DNA of 64,000 nucleotides from an uncultured bacterium (GTDB lineage Bacteria; Bacteroidota; Rhodothermia; Balneolales; DATFMH01): NCBI GenBank assembly GCA_963787205.1, contig CAWBCD010000021.1, positions 92,714 to 156,713 of the forward strand, read 5' to 3'. Shown piece by piece: positions 20,576 to 29,745 of this stretch (position 1 is its first letter; each line of letters starts with the position of its first letter). The notes under the pieces were generated by a model. It saw only the letters and a program-made list of their open reading frames with translations, ran no database searches and was not told where the DNA came from. The position numbers and the translations under genes were made by a program.

Positions 20576-22105
20576 ATGAAAAAGATATTCAAGCATATTG
20601 GAACAGGCCTCATCGCCTTGTCATTGTTTGCGAGCTGTACAAAATTGGAACAGGTAAATGTAAACCCAGATACTCCTACCAAGGCTAGTGCCTCCATGTT
20701 GTGTACAAGTGTGGTTTTGCAATTCGCTCAATTTCATAGCGATGCAAAAGCCTATATCACCCAAGATGCGTTGGCTAAATATGTCGGTTATGCCGATGAG
20801 GGGCAGCTTAATGAACAGTATAACCTCATTGGAAATGGCAGCTTTGGGTCCATGATCATTCTAACAAACATCCAGAAAATGCTGGATGCCGCAAAGGGAA
20901 GCATCATGGAGAGCTCATATCAGGGAGTGGCCAAATTTGCTGAAGCTTACACCTTTTACCGGCTGACCATGGAAATGGGAGATATCCCATTCAGCGATGC
21001 AGGTAAGGGGGAAACGGGACTCTTCAAACCCAAATATGACACCCAGGAATCTGTACTGAAAGGTGTTTTGGATGATCTGCAGCAAGCCGATACGGATTTC
21101 GCAAAAGGCGAGGCTTTCACCGGCGACCCAACGAATTTCAATGGTGATCCGGTGAAATGGCGCCAGGCCACGAATGCATTTGCATTAGAAGTGCTCATGA
21201 GCCTAAGTAAACAGACGGGAGATGCAAATTTAAATGTGAAAAGTAGATTTGCTGATATTGTAAGTGCAGGCTATTTGTTGCAGCCATCGACTGATTTCTT
21301 TGGATTGATTTATTCAACGCAGAATTTGCATCCATTATCCGGGACCAACGACTTATTTACGAGTAGAACAATCTTAAGCTCGCTATTGGTAAATAATCTT
21401 AAAAAATTGAACGACAGAAGGCTGTTTTATTTTGGCGAACCCGCCGGTGCAGAAATTACCGCAGGAAAATCCCAGTCCGATACTTCCGCTTATGTGGGAG
21501 TTGATGTTTCTATGGATTATACTGCAATGAATACGGGATGGAGTGCCGAAAAATACTCCGTACTCAATTTACGCTACCTTCATGAAGCCGCTTGCGAACC
21601 CCGCAGATTGATCTCATATGCCGAACAACAATTGATTCTTGCTGAAGCAAGAATCAGGGGTTGGATCACGACGGGGACAGCGGCCAATTATTATGAAGAA
21701 GGGGTGCGCGCTGCTCTGTCGGATATGATGGCAAACGATTCGACTTACGCCCATGGAATGGCTATTACGCAACCCTACATAGATGGATATTTTACCGGGG
21801 AAGCAGCATTTAAAACGACGGAAACGGATCAGCTGCATCAAATCTGGATGCAGCGTTATCTGCTTAATTTCATGCAAATGGCCGAAGGAAGCTGGTTCGA
21901 ATACAGAAGGAATGATTATCCAAATTTCCCCATAAATCCGAATACCAGCTTAAATGCCAATGATGTGAACGCCATCCCAATGAGATATATGTATCCGTCA
22001 TCAGAAACTGAATACAATCGGGATAATCTAATAGCAGCATTAAACCGGCAGTTTAACGGATATGATGACATCAATAAACTGATGTGGGTTTTAAAAAGTC
22101 ATTGA
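20576..22105 (+). CDS. SusD/RagB-family nutrient-binding outer-membrane lipoprotein
   Basis: ORF 20555-22105. The likely start is ATG 20576 (MKKIFKHIG). Lipobox LFASC. It follows SusC directly. Confidence 0.85.
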   Translation: MKKIFKHIGTGLIALSLFASCTKLEQVNVNPDTPTKASASMLCTSVVLQFAQFHSDAKAYITQDALAKYVGYADEGQLNEQYNLIGNGSFGSMIILTNIQKMLDAAKGSIMESSYQGVAKFAEAYTFYRLTMEMGDIPFSDAGKGETGLFKPKYDTQESVLKGVLDDLQQADTDFAKGEAFTGDPTNFNGDPVKWRQATNAFALEVLMSLSKQTGDANLNVKSRFADIVSAGYLLQPSTDFFGLIYSTQNLHPLSGTNDLFTSRTILSSLLVNNLKKLNDRRLFYFGEPAGAEITAGKSQSDTSAYVGVDVSMDYTAMNTGWSAEKYSVLNLRYLHEAACEPRRLISYAEQQLILAEARIRGWITTGTAANYYEEGVRAALSDMMANDSTYAHGMAITQPYIDGYFTGEAAFKTTETDQLHQIWMQRYLLNFMQMAEGSWFEYRRNDYPNFPINPNTSLNANDVNAIPMRYMYPSSETEYNRDNLIAALNRQFNGYDDINKLMWVLKSH

Positions 22106-22140
22106 AAATAAACCGTTAGGATATTATGCAGTCGTGTCAG

Positions 22141-22205
22141 GGACTCACTTTGAAATTAACCGACTCCTCAAGATCGATTTTTTGAGGTGAGTCCATTCGT
22201 TTTCT
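22141..22205 (+). terminator. Possible attenuator/terminator hairpin after susD-like gene
   Basis: GGACTCAC...(inner CCTCAA/TTGAGG)...GTGAGTCC followed by ATTCGTTTTCTC. The T-run is weak. Confidence 0.3.
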
Positions 22206-22378
22206 CGTGTTCCTGGTCAAGGACATCATTTTGAAGTATTTGATGTCCCTGATTATTTAAGCCTTTGGTGTGCACGGAAATGTTGTCTGTTTGGCCGTTG
22301 ATCAGGCCTATGTTGATAACCGGGTCGAATGGCATGCATCCGTACTATGCTTGTAAATCGTCAGTCTTTGATCAGTTC

Positions 22379-23227
22379 ATGAAAAAGATATTTCTATTCC
22401 TTCTTCTGCTCAGTTTTACTGTTTCAACAAAAGCCCAGACCATCAAATTGATGACGTATAATCTTCGACTTTCCCTGGCATCCGATGGTTTGAATTCCTG
22501 GGGTCATCGAAGAGATTTTATGGTCGACCAGATAAATTTCTTCGCCCCGGATATCATGGGTACTCAGGAAGGATTGCCCGGGCAGGTTCATTATCTGAAA
22601 AAGCATTTGAAGAACTACGATTACATAGGCATCGGTCGGGAAGGAAGTGATGAAAAAGGGGAACATGTAGCTGTTTTTTACAATACAAGTCGATTTAAGG
22701 TCTTAAGGCACCACACGTTCTGGTTATCAAAAACGCCGGACAGAATGTCTAAAGGGTGGGATGCAGCATATCTGAGAATCTGCACCTACGGTCTGTTTCA
22801 GGACAAAACAACCAGGAAACAGTTTTGGGTATTCAATATCCATTTGGATAACAAAGGTCAGGTTGCCAGGCGCGAATCGGTTAAGCTGATTCTGAAGAAA
22901 ATAACAGAAATAAATACCAGGGGACTTCCTGTAATTTTAATGGGTGATTTCAACTCCCTTCCCGGTAGCGAGGTTGTAAGAGAATTTGGCAGGTATTTTT
23001 ACGAGTCTCGCCATATCAGCAAGGCTGTGCCTTTTGGCCCTGAAGGGACCTTTAACAATTTCGAGTTTGGCGAAACAAGAAATCAGCGCATTGATTACAT
23101 CATGATCGAAAAGAAATCGCCGATTATCGTGAAAAGATACGCTGTGCTAAGGGATTCGAGAAATCACGAGTACCCTTCCGATCATTTTCCTGTGTATGCA
23201 GAGATCGTATTGAGCAACAGCAACTAA
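22379..23227 (+). CDS. Endonuclease/exonuclease/phosphatase (EEP) family protein, secreted
   Basis: The ORF starts at 22265, but ATG 22379 gives a signal peptide (MKKIFLFLLLLSFTVSTKAQ). The motif MGDFNS and the C-terminal SDHFPV are typical of the EEP fold. Confidence 0.8.
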   Translation: MKKIFLFLLLLSFTVSTKAQTIKLMTYNLRLSLASDGLNSWGHRRDFMVDQINFFAPDIMGTQEGLPGQVHYLKKHLKNYDYIGIGREGSDEKGEHVAVFYNTSRFKVLRHHTFWLSKTPDRMSKGWDAAYLRICTYGLFQDKTTRKQFWVFNIHLDNKGQVARRESVKLILKKITEINTRGLPVILMGDFNSLPGSEVVREFGRYFYESRHISKAVPFGPEGTFNNFEFGETRNQRIDYIMIEKKSPIIVKRYAVLRDSRNHEYPSDHFPVYAEIVLSNSN

Positions 23228-23404
23228 TCGGCAGTGGAAATAAAACCAGGATACCAAAGGCAGACCGGTAAGGATATGGCCAACCCAACGATACGATTGA
23301 TATAAACTTGAATAAATGGATTTCCGCCACAACCCCAGGAAAGATCGGACCTGCCTCTTATAGGTTCGGTCTTTCCATTTTTATATAATACGCAATGTCA
23401 TTTT

Positions 23405-24751
23405 ATGGTCAACAAACCAGAATTTTTTAATACGATGAGAAAAAATCCAGTTTTAAGAACAGGCTTAAAGACGGCAACAGTTTTAAGTTTCGGGTTACTG
23501 GCATGGTCATCATTCGGCAATGGCAAACCCATAAAAGCTATTTCAAACAGCGGATCCGTGACCAAGGGATCAGTCGTAAGAATCAAAAAAGAAGGTCAGC
23601 GTTATCAGCTTATCTATAACGGGAAACCGTATTTCGTAAAAGGTGCCGGTGGCGATGTTCACCTGGATTTACTGAAAAGATCCGGCGGAAATTCAATACG
23701 AACCTGGGGAGTGGATAATGCCGATTCGATTCTTCAGGATGCACACTCACGGGGCCTGACGGTTACTATGGGAATATGGCTCAACCATGAGACATACTTC
23801 AACTACAGCGATCCCGCGTCTCTCGAAAAACAGAGAAAACAAGTGCTGCAGGATGTGAGAAAATATAAAGATGCCCCGGCATTGTTGGTTTGGGGCCTTG
23901 GAAATGAGGTGGAGCTCAACAGCGATCCGGCAAATCCGGCTATGTGGAAGGCCATCAATAAACTGGCAGGAGAGATCAAAAAAATAGATCCCAATCATCC
24001 TGTGATGACGGTTGTGGCAGGAGTGAACAAAAAAAAGATCGATGCCATTAAAAAGTACTATCCTAATATCGATATCCTTGGAGTCAATTCGTATGGACCT
24101 GCTCAAACCCTGCCGCAACGGTTGAGGAAATTAGGCTGGACCAAGCCCTACATGCTTACCGAATTCGGGCCAGTGGGCTGGTGGGAATCACCCAAAACAT
24201 CATGGGGGGCACCGATCGAGGCAAGCAGTACTGTTAAAGAACTTCGATATCTCTATGAATATCAAGCCGCTGTGGCAACACAAAAAGGATGGGTTTTGGG
24301 TTCCTATGTCTTCGACTGGGGGCACAAGTGGGAAGGTTCATTGACCTGGTTTAACCTGTTCCTTCAGGGTTCCGAAGATGCCCTTGGTCCCGTTGACGCG
24401 ATGACGCTGGCATGGACCGGGAAAAAGCCCGAAAACTCCGCCCCGGAAATCATCTCTTTCCAAAGTGATGCGGGCCTAAAGAGAGTGAAGGCGGGTTCCG
24501 TCTTTCATGCGGAAGTGGTAGCCCGGGACCAAGACCAGGATTCTCTTCATTATAGTTGGAAAATCTGCTCGGAAAAACTTGGCAAGACCGATCACAAACC
24601 CCTGTTTTATCCGGATAGTATTTTAAAAGAGAAGGATAATGAAGTAAAGTTCAAATCTCCGGAATCAAGCGGCGCCTACCGGTTGTATGTTTTTGTGAGT
24701 GATGGAAAGGGCAAGGCGGCAACGGCTAATGTTCCTTTCTATGTAGAGTGA
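23405..24751 (+). CDS. Clan GH-A (GH5-like) glycoside hydrolase with C-terminal Ig-like domain
   Basis: 448 aa. Acid/base-type motif WGLGNEVE and nucleophile-type motif MLTEFGP. The beta-sandwich-like tail reads SLHYSWKI...YRLYVFVSDGKG. The GH family number is not assignable by eye. Confidence 0.65.
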   Translation: MVNKPEFFNTMRKNPVLRTGLKTATVLSFGLLAWSSFGNGKPIKAISNSGSVTKGSVVRIKKEGQRYQLIYNGKPYFVKGAGGDVHLDLLKRSGGNSIRTWGVDNADSILQDAHSRGLTVTMGIWLNHETYFNYSDPASLEKQRKQVLQDVRKYKDAPALLVWGLGNEVELNSDPANPAMWKAINKLAGEIKKIDPNHPVMTVVAGVNKKKIDAIKKYYPNIDILGVNSYGPAQTLPQRLRKLGWTKPYMLTEFGPVGWWESPKTSWGAPIEASSTVKELRYLYEYQAAVATQKGWVLGSYVFDWGHKWEGSLTWFNLFLQGSEDALGPVDAMTLAWTGKKPENSAPEIISFQSDAGLKRVKAGSVFHAEVVARDQDQDSLHYSWKICSEKLGKTDHKPLFYPDSILKEKDNEVKFKSPESSGAYRLYVFVSDGKGKAATANVPFYVE

Positions 24752-24798
24752 TATTCAGCCTCTGATTTTCAAATCCTGACCATTCAAGGTACAAAAAG

Positions 24799-24840
24799 TC
24801 AGCCTTCCGAACCGTTGAATCCGGAAGGCTGAGCTTGTTT
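24799..24840. terminator. Bidirectional rho-independent terminator between convergent genes
   Basis: 11-bp stem TCAGCCTTCCG / CGGAAGGCTGA. It is flanked by an A-run (24793-24797) on one side and GCTTGTTT on the other, so a U-tract follows the hairpin on both strands. Confidence 0.75.
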
Positions 24841-24868
24841 GAAGATCGGGCAACTGTTCACGTTGTTG

Positions 24869-26971
24869 CTACTTTTTCTTTGGGTCCTGCAGGCAGAAAC
24901 CGGCACTTGCCGGCTTGTAATGCCCCACCGACTGACTGTTGATGATCGCCCGGTCAACAGCAACTACGCGGATGATATAACCACAGGCCTTCATCCCTTT
25001 CGTGTCGAGCTTCCAAGTGTTGCCAGGTGCCGGTGCCGTTTCAACCGTTCCTGCATTAGGTACTGGAACACCCACACCGGCCGGATTGACGGCAGGTTCG
25101 ACAGTGATGCTGTACCGTGCGAAGTTCAGATCACGCGCCACAAAATTGCCGGAAAGGACGGTCCCGATGTCGAATTTCCCGCAATTACCAGTCCCGGTGG
25201 TTATTTCTATGGATGCATCCGGTGACGTATTATCAAGCTGGATGAAATGCTCATCTGTGCCTACGAGGTTACCGCCTCCATCGTAGGTCGACAGCCTGAC
25301 AATCCATTTGTCATCGCCCGTCGAATCCCACTGTGCCAATACGCTGTTAACGTTTTGCGTGAATGGGAGATAAGTGAAACGTCCCGTGACCGTATTGGCT
25401 GAATGAATGAAAGTAGTACCGTCGGAACGTGTCAGTACTAAATCTTTAACGACGGGTGTCGGAGCGCCGCCACCAGCCGGTATCACTTCCACTTTGTAAC
25501 TATGACCAAGAAGTGGAGCTCCCTGAGCCGTTACACGAGCAGCAAACGGACATGGCCTGCCCAGAGAATCCGGCGGAAGGTTGTTTGTAGCGAAGACAGC
25601 ATCGTGTGTTGTCAGCCCGCTTATGCTATCAATCATAGAAACGGGTATACCGCCCAATATGGCGATCTTACCAGCCGGCTCACCTGCCGTTGGAGCGATA
25701 TTGATAAGTGTCTCCTCACGATTACCCCAGGTTGGAACCTTGTTCGGATCGGAACACGCCACTGCGACATTCCATGATAGGATGGCCCGAATCCGGACAA
25801 CCTTAGGTCCCTCCTTACACGGTTGTCGGAACTTGGTCAAGTCGACTGGAAGACGGACAGCATAATACACACCTTCCGGTGGGATGTTATTCAGATCATA
25901 GACCTGAACTTTTGCTGTTCCCAGGCAACTATCAAAACTGCCATTTCCGTCAAAGTCGGCCCAGAATGTGACATACTCGGTACTTCCGTTAGTGCAGGGT
26001 CCCCCGGAATATCCCGAAGACTTCTTTACCTGGATAACCCCGACCATCGTATCGGGTGAATTTGGATCCAGACCGATGCACTTGAGTTCTTCATAACTGA
26101 CATCGCCATCCGTTTTAGGGAATAAAAGATCCCCGATATCCGGATTGATTTTTATATCGGGCAGCGATGAGAGAATTGATTCAGCATTAACGGCAATCTT
26201 GGCTGAGGCGAAGCTCATAAGTTCCTTGAAAGCAAAACGATGCACAGGAACACCCTTTTTTGCGTAGAGAGTGGCCAGATCGTTTACTTCAATCTGCTTG
26301 GCTTTGAAAGGAATGGCAACTTCTGGATCCAAAACGTCTTTGATTCCCGGAAATGGTTCGATAGCGGCCGTTTCGAAAATTTCAGGCGGAAAGAAGAAAT
26401 GTCGCGGTTGAACCTGAATCGTTGCTTCCTGAACATTTCCCCAAACCGGCGTCCAGTTTGGCTGGTTTGCCGGCGGCGGGTTGTTCCACGACAGGATAGC
26501 CCGCATTTTGATAAGCAGATTTGAGAAGCATAGCCGTTGATTCAAATCCACGGGGAGCGATACGGCATATTCCAGACGCTTCCCACCTTCGGTTCCTTCC
26601 GGAATGTTATACGCCTGAAAGCTGGTGATTCCCTGATCGATCCAGGTTGCACCATTATCAAAAGAGAGATAAAAACGAACATACTCCGGGGTTCCCGAAC
26701 CACATATATCCGTACCATATCCCGTTGTCTCATAGATATATACAACACCTTCCAATTGCTCCTGCTGCGGTTGATAACCGGTACAGGCTAATTCTTCGTA
26801 GTGCGTATTACCGGAAATCGATAGTTTGGGTTTAAACAAACTTTCCGATAGATTCCCAAAATAGTTCGGGTTTGAAAGAAGCAGGGACTTGAAGGTTTCC
26901 CGTTCTTTTGGATACGCCTTTTGCATGACTGCGTGAGATTTTTCTACAGCCTTTTTGATTTCCTCATTCAT
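24869..26971 (-). CDS. Large hypothetical protein with an internally duplicated ~135-aa Cys-containing domain and beta-rich C-terminal half
   Basis: The track ORF starts at TTG 27010. ATG 26971 (MNEEIKK) is preceded by GGAGG. Repeat 1 spans about 26405-26803 and repeat 2 about 25691-26098. Both share YEEL.C.G...GY....C..G..EYV.F...F....YAV.LPVDL....R.RAILSWN.....P..P.WGN. No signal peptide is visible. Confidence 0.7.
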   Translation of the reverse strand: MNEEIKKAVEKSHAVMQKAYPKERETFKSLLLSNPNYFGNLSESLFKPKLSISGNTHYEELACTGYQPQQEQLEGVVYIYETTGYGTDICGSGTPEYVRFYLSFDNGATWIDQGITSFQAYNIPEGTEGGKRLEYAVSLPVDLNQRLCFSNLLIKMRAILSWNNPPPANQPNWTPVWGNVQEATIQVQPRHFFFPPEIFETAAIEPFPGIKDVLDPEVAIPFKAKQIEVNDLATLYAKKGVPVHRFAFKELMSFASAKIAVNAESILSSLPDIKINPDIGDLLFPKTDGDVSYEELKCIGLDPNSPDTMVGVIQVKKSSGYSGGPCTNGSTEYVTFWADFDGNGSFDSCLGTAKVQVYDLNNIPPEGVYYAVRLPVDLTKFRQPCKEGPKVVRIRAILSWNVAVACSDPNKVPTWGNREETLINIAPTAGEPAGKIAILGGIPVSMIDSISGLTTHDAVFATNNLPPDSLGRPCPFAARVTAQGAPLLGHSYKVEVIPAGGGAPTPVVKDLVLTRSDGTTFIHSANTVTGRFTYLPFTQNVNSVLAQWDSTGDDKWIVRLSTYDGGGNLVGTDEHFIQLDNTSPDASIEITTGTGNCGKFDIGTVLSGNFVARDLNFARYSITVEPAVNPAGVGVPVPNAGTVETAPAPGNTWKLDTKGMKACGYIIRVVAVDRAIINSQSVGHYKPASAGFCLQDPKKK

Positions 26972-27303
26972 AGTAGAGCCTCCATTGCGAGGTGATGATA
27001 GCGATGGCAAGTGTTCTGCCGATGTGTTTTACATATACCACTGATGATGATCAGTCGGGTATACCCTCCGAATAGGCGATATAGAGATGTTTAAGAATTG
27101 GTCGCCTATTTTCTACAGTAAGTACCTTCGAATCATAGTGTTATTAAAAATAATTCACAAATGACTGTTTTTTAATGAGAAAATCAATATAAGCATATAG
27201 ATATGCTATTCGCTTGAGGGGAATGAAGTTACAATAGATGCTTTTACAGCATTAATTTTATTTAATGACATTAGCATAATAAGGAATTGAAAAACAGACG
27301 ACT

Positions 27304-28005
27304 ATGAAAACTGACGGCAAAAGATTAGCTGATGATATCCTTTCGTTTTACAAAAATCTGAAGCCGGACTTCCCTTTGCCTGAGGGCGTTGAAATTATGA
27401 ATCCTTTTGATGAGGAGATCGCAACAGAAGTATCTGCACGATTCTACGAACGCTATTATAATAATGCGAATCCGCGCGTGATCTTGTTTGGCATTAACCC
27501 GGGTCGATTTGGTGCCGGGGTAACGGGTGTCCCGTTTACTGATCCGATACGATTGCAGGAAATCTGTGGAATTCAGAATGATTTTGATAAGAAATCGGAG
27601 CTCTCTTCGGAGTTTGTTTATGAAGTCGTTGACGCTTATGGAGGACCAAAACCATTTTACGATCACTTTTTTGTAAGTGCCGTGTGCCCCCTTGGGTTCA
27701 CGAAAGACGGAAAGAATCTCAACTATTACGACGATAAAAATCTGCTTAAAAACACCGAACCGTTCATTGTAAATACCATACGAGAACAAATTAAAATGGT
27801 CGATTCGCCGGGTGTCTGTCTATGTCTGGGACAGGGTGTCAATTACAAATATTTCGGGAAGCTTAATGAAAAGCATCATTTTTTCAAACGGATTGAACCG
27901 TTGCCACATCCACGCTGGGTAATGCAGTATCGTCGGAAGAGGAAGGCTGAGTTTGTGAAAATGTATATAGATCAGTTGCAGAGGGCTGCGACCAAACGTT
28001 CTTAG
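27304..28005 (+). CDS. Uracil-DNA glycosylase superfamily protein (DUF4918/SMUG2-like)
   Basis: 233 aa. ILFGINPGRFGAGVTGVPFTDP resembles the UDG-superfamily motif A region. Confidence 0.6.
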   Translation: MKTDGKRLADDILSFYKNLKPDFPLPEGVEIMNPFDEEIATEVSARFYERYYNNANPRVILFGINPGRFGAGVTGVPFTDPIRLQEICGIQNDFDKKSELSSEFVYEVVDAYGGPKPFYDHFFVSAVCPLGFTKDGKNLNYYDDKNLLKNTEPFIVNTIREQIKMVDSPGVCLCLGQGVNYKYFGKLNEKHHFFKRIEPLPHPRWVMQYRRKRKAEFVKMYIDQLQRAATKRS

Positions 28006-28054
28006 TTTCTTTTTATCCAGAACTATTTGAACTGCCATTGTCACCTACACCCAG

Positions 28055-28104
28055 CCTGGTTCAAGTTTGCAACCTGGATCAGTACAAATTGTAAACTTGA
28101 ACCA
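28055..28104. repeat. REP-like palindromic element, copy 1 (degenerate, compound)
   Basis: CCTGGTTCAAGTTTGCAACCTGGATCAGTAC followed by an inverted half-site GTAAACTTGAACCA. It lies between convergent genes. Confidence 0.6.
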
Positions 28105-28142
28105 AACCGGTATCTTATTTGCTGTAGGTTCCCGCAATACAA

Positions 28143-28730
28143 TTAAATAGCAACCTGGAATGCTGCAGTAACAGGTATAAATGAATATGAGCCATCGAAT
28201 GTGCCGGCCCAGCGGGCATCCACCCGAAATTGAAATCGCTTGTTGAGCGGGATTTCAAATCCGAGTCCAAAAGCAGCTAATCCTTTTAAATGCTTTTGAG
28301 ATGAATTGCGATCCCTTGACGAAGTGAAGTTATGTGACCCAAAGGCGGGATCAATTATAAATACTGGTGGAGACGAATGCGTGTTCACAAAATAAATACC
28401 GCTACCCAAAGAAAAGAATGGTCTGATATAATGGGTCGGTAAGATCAAGCTGAAAGCAAACGAGGCCTCCCACATGCTAGTCAGGTCGTTGTCTTCAAGA
28501 TGCTCATGTGAAATATAAGTTCCTATTTCGAGATTAGAATTAAACCTGTAAGTAACACCAGTTCCAAGAATCAGACTGTTTTGCAAGCTTCCTGTAAAGC
28601 TTAAATTGGGCCCATTCCCAATAAACCCGGAATGGATTTCAATCCAAAGTTTTTTGCTGTTCTGAGCCATTGATATCAAAGGCAAAAGAAGAAACAGAAT
28701 TAAGGAAACACCAAAAAGTCCTCTTTTCAT
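28143..28730 (-). CDS. Outer-membrane beta-barrel protein
   Basis: 195 aa with a signal peptide, an alternating amphipathic strand pattern and an aromatic-rich C-terminus. Confidence 0.6.
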   Translation of the reverse strand: MKRGLFGVSLILFLLLPLISMAQNSKKLWIEIHSGFIGNGPNLSFTGSLQNSLILGTGVTYRFNSNLEIGTYISHEHLEDNDLTSMWEASFAFSLILPTHYIRPFFSLGSGIYFVNTHSSPPVFIIDPAFGSHNFTSSRDRNSSQKHLKGLAAFGLGFEIPLNKRFQFRVDARWAGTFDGSYSFIPVTAAFQVAI

Positions 28731-29010
28731 GACGGCCTCCCGATGAGCTATATCCTTAGATACAATCGTTTTTATTAATCTAAACTATCTGATAGTAAAA
28801 ACAAATGGTTTTGGTGAAAGAAATAGGTCGCTGTATCCGATAGGTTCGTCACAATACCAGATTTCATGCAAGTTTGAGACCATCTGTAATGTCAAAAAGA
28901 TAACAACTGATACAGAAGGCAGAATTTATTCCACTACTGCCAAAAATTATCAGGAAGCCATTTGGATATCACGACATTCGACTTATCGCTCATATCACCC
29001 GGAGGAAGAC

Positions 29011-29682
29011 ATGAACTGGCTTAAAAGAAACTGGCTATGGGTATTGGTCAACGTATTTGCAATACAGACCATAATCATGATAATATCAGGCTTTAATATT
29101 GATTTTTCCGGCAGCGGATTGCCTGTTATATCTGTCAGTGAAACAACAGCGAGGGAGGGATTTGCCATGCACCACCAGCATTCTCCGCTTGAACGGTTCA
29201 TTCATATAACCGGCGAATCGGCAATTCAATGGTTGATTTTTTCATTGTGCTGCACCCCGGTATTCATTCTTACGGGATGGAGTTCTGTCAGTCGGTTAAA
29301 GAAGGTAATGGGATTATATGCCTTCCTGTTCGCTGTCCTTCACCTGACATTTTTCCTTGCCGATCGCGGGTTGATGGTCCTTTTTGATGAATTCAATTTC
29401 ATAATGGGATTGATAGCAGTGGCTATTATGCTTCCTTTGGCTCTTACATCAAATAAATGGTCCATGAAGAAACTGAAGAAGAACTGGAAGATTCTTCACC
29501 GCGCGGCGTATGCTGCCGGGGCATTTGCAGTTCTTCATCTGATCTTCCTGGAACGCGCGGATTGGGCCATCTATGCCGTTCTTCTCGTTACCGGCTTTGT
29601 GATTCGTATCCCACAGGTAAAGACCGCGATCGTTGACCTCCGCCACCAATATCTTTCCCCGGCAAGGGCTTTCGTCAATTGA
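29011..29682 (+). CDS. Ferric-reductase-like transmembrane heme protein (MsrQ/YedZ-like)
   Basis: 223 aa with about 6 TM helices. Conserved His positions lie in FAVLHLTFF and FAVLHLIFL. Confidence 0.6.
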   Translation: MNWLKRNWLWVLVNVFAIQTIIMIISGFNIDFSGSGLPVISVSETTAREGFAMHHQHSPLERFIHITGESAIQWLIFSLCCTPVFILTGWSSVSRLKKVMGLYAFLFAVLHLTFFLADRGLMVLFDEFNFIMGLIAVAIMLPLALTSNKWSMKKLKKNWKILHRAAYAAGAFAVLHLIFLERADWAIYAVLLVTGFVIRIPQVKTAIVDLRHQYLSPARAFVN

Positions 29683-29691
29683 CTGCTAAAA

Positions 29692-29720
29692 ACTGGTCCA
29701 GGTTTGTAACCTGGACCAGT
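29692..29720. repeat. REP-like palindromic element, copy 2 (perfect)
   Basis: ACTGGTCCAGGTT-tgt-AACCTGGACCAGT with 13-bp perfect arms. It lies between the convergent MsrQ-like and GH92 genes and may double as a GH92 terminator, since TTTT follows on the minus strand. Confidence 0.75.
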
Positions 29721-29745
29721 ACATGTCTGGGCTTTGATGATTAGC

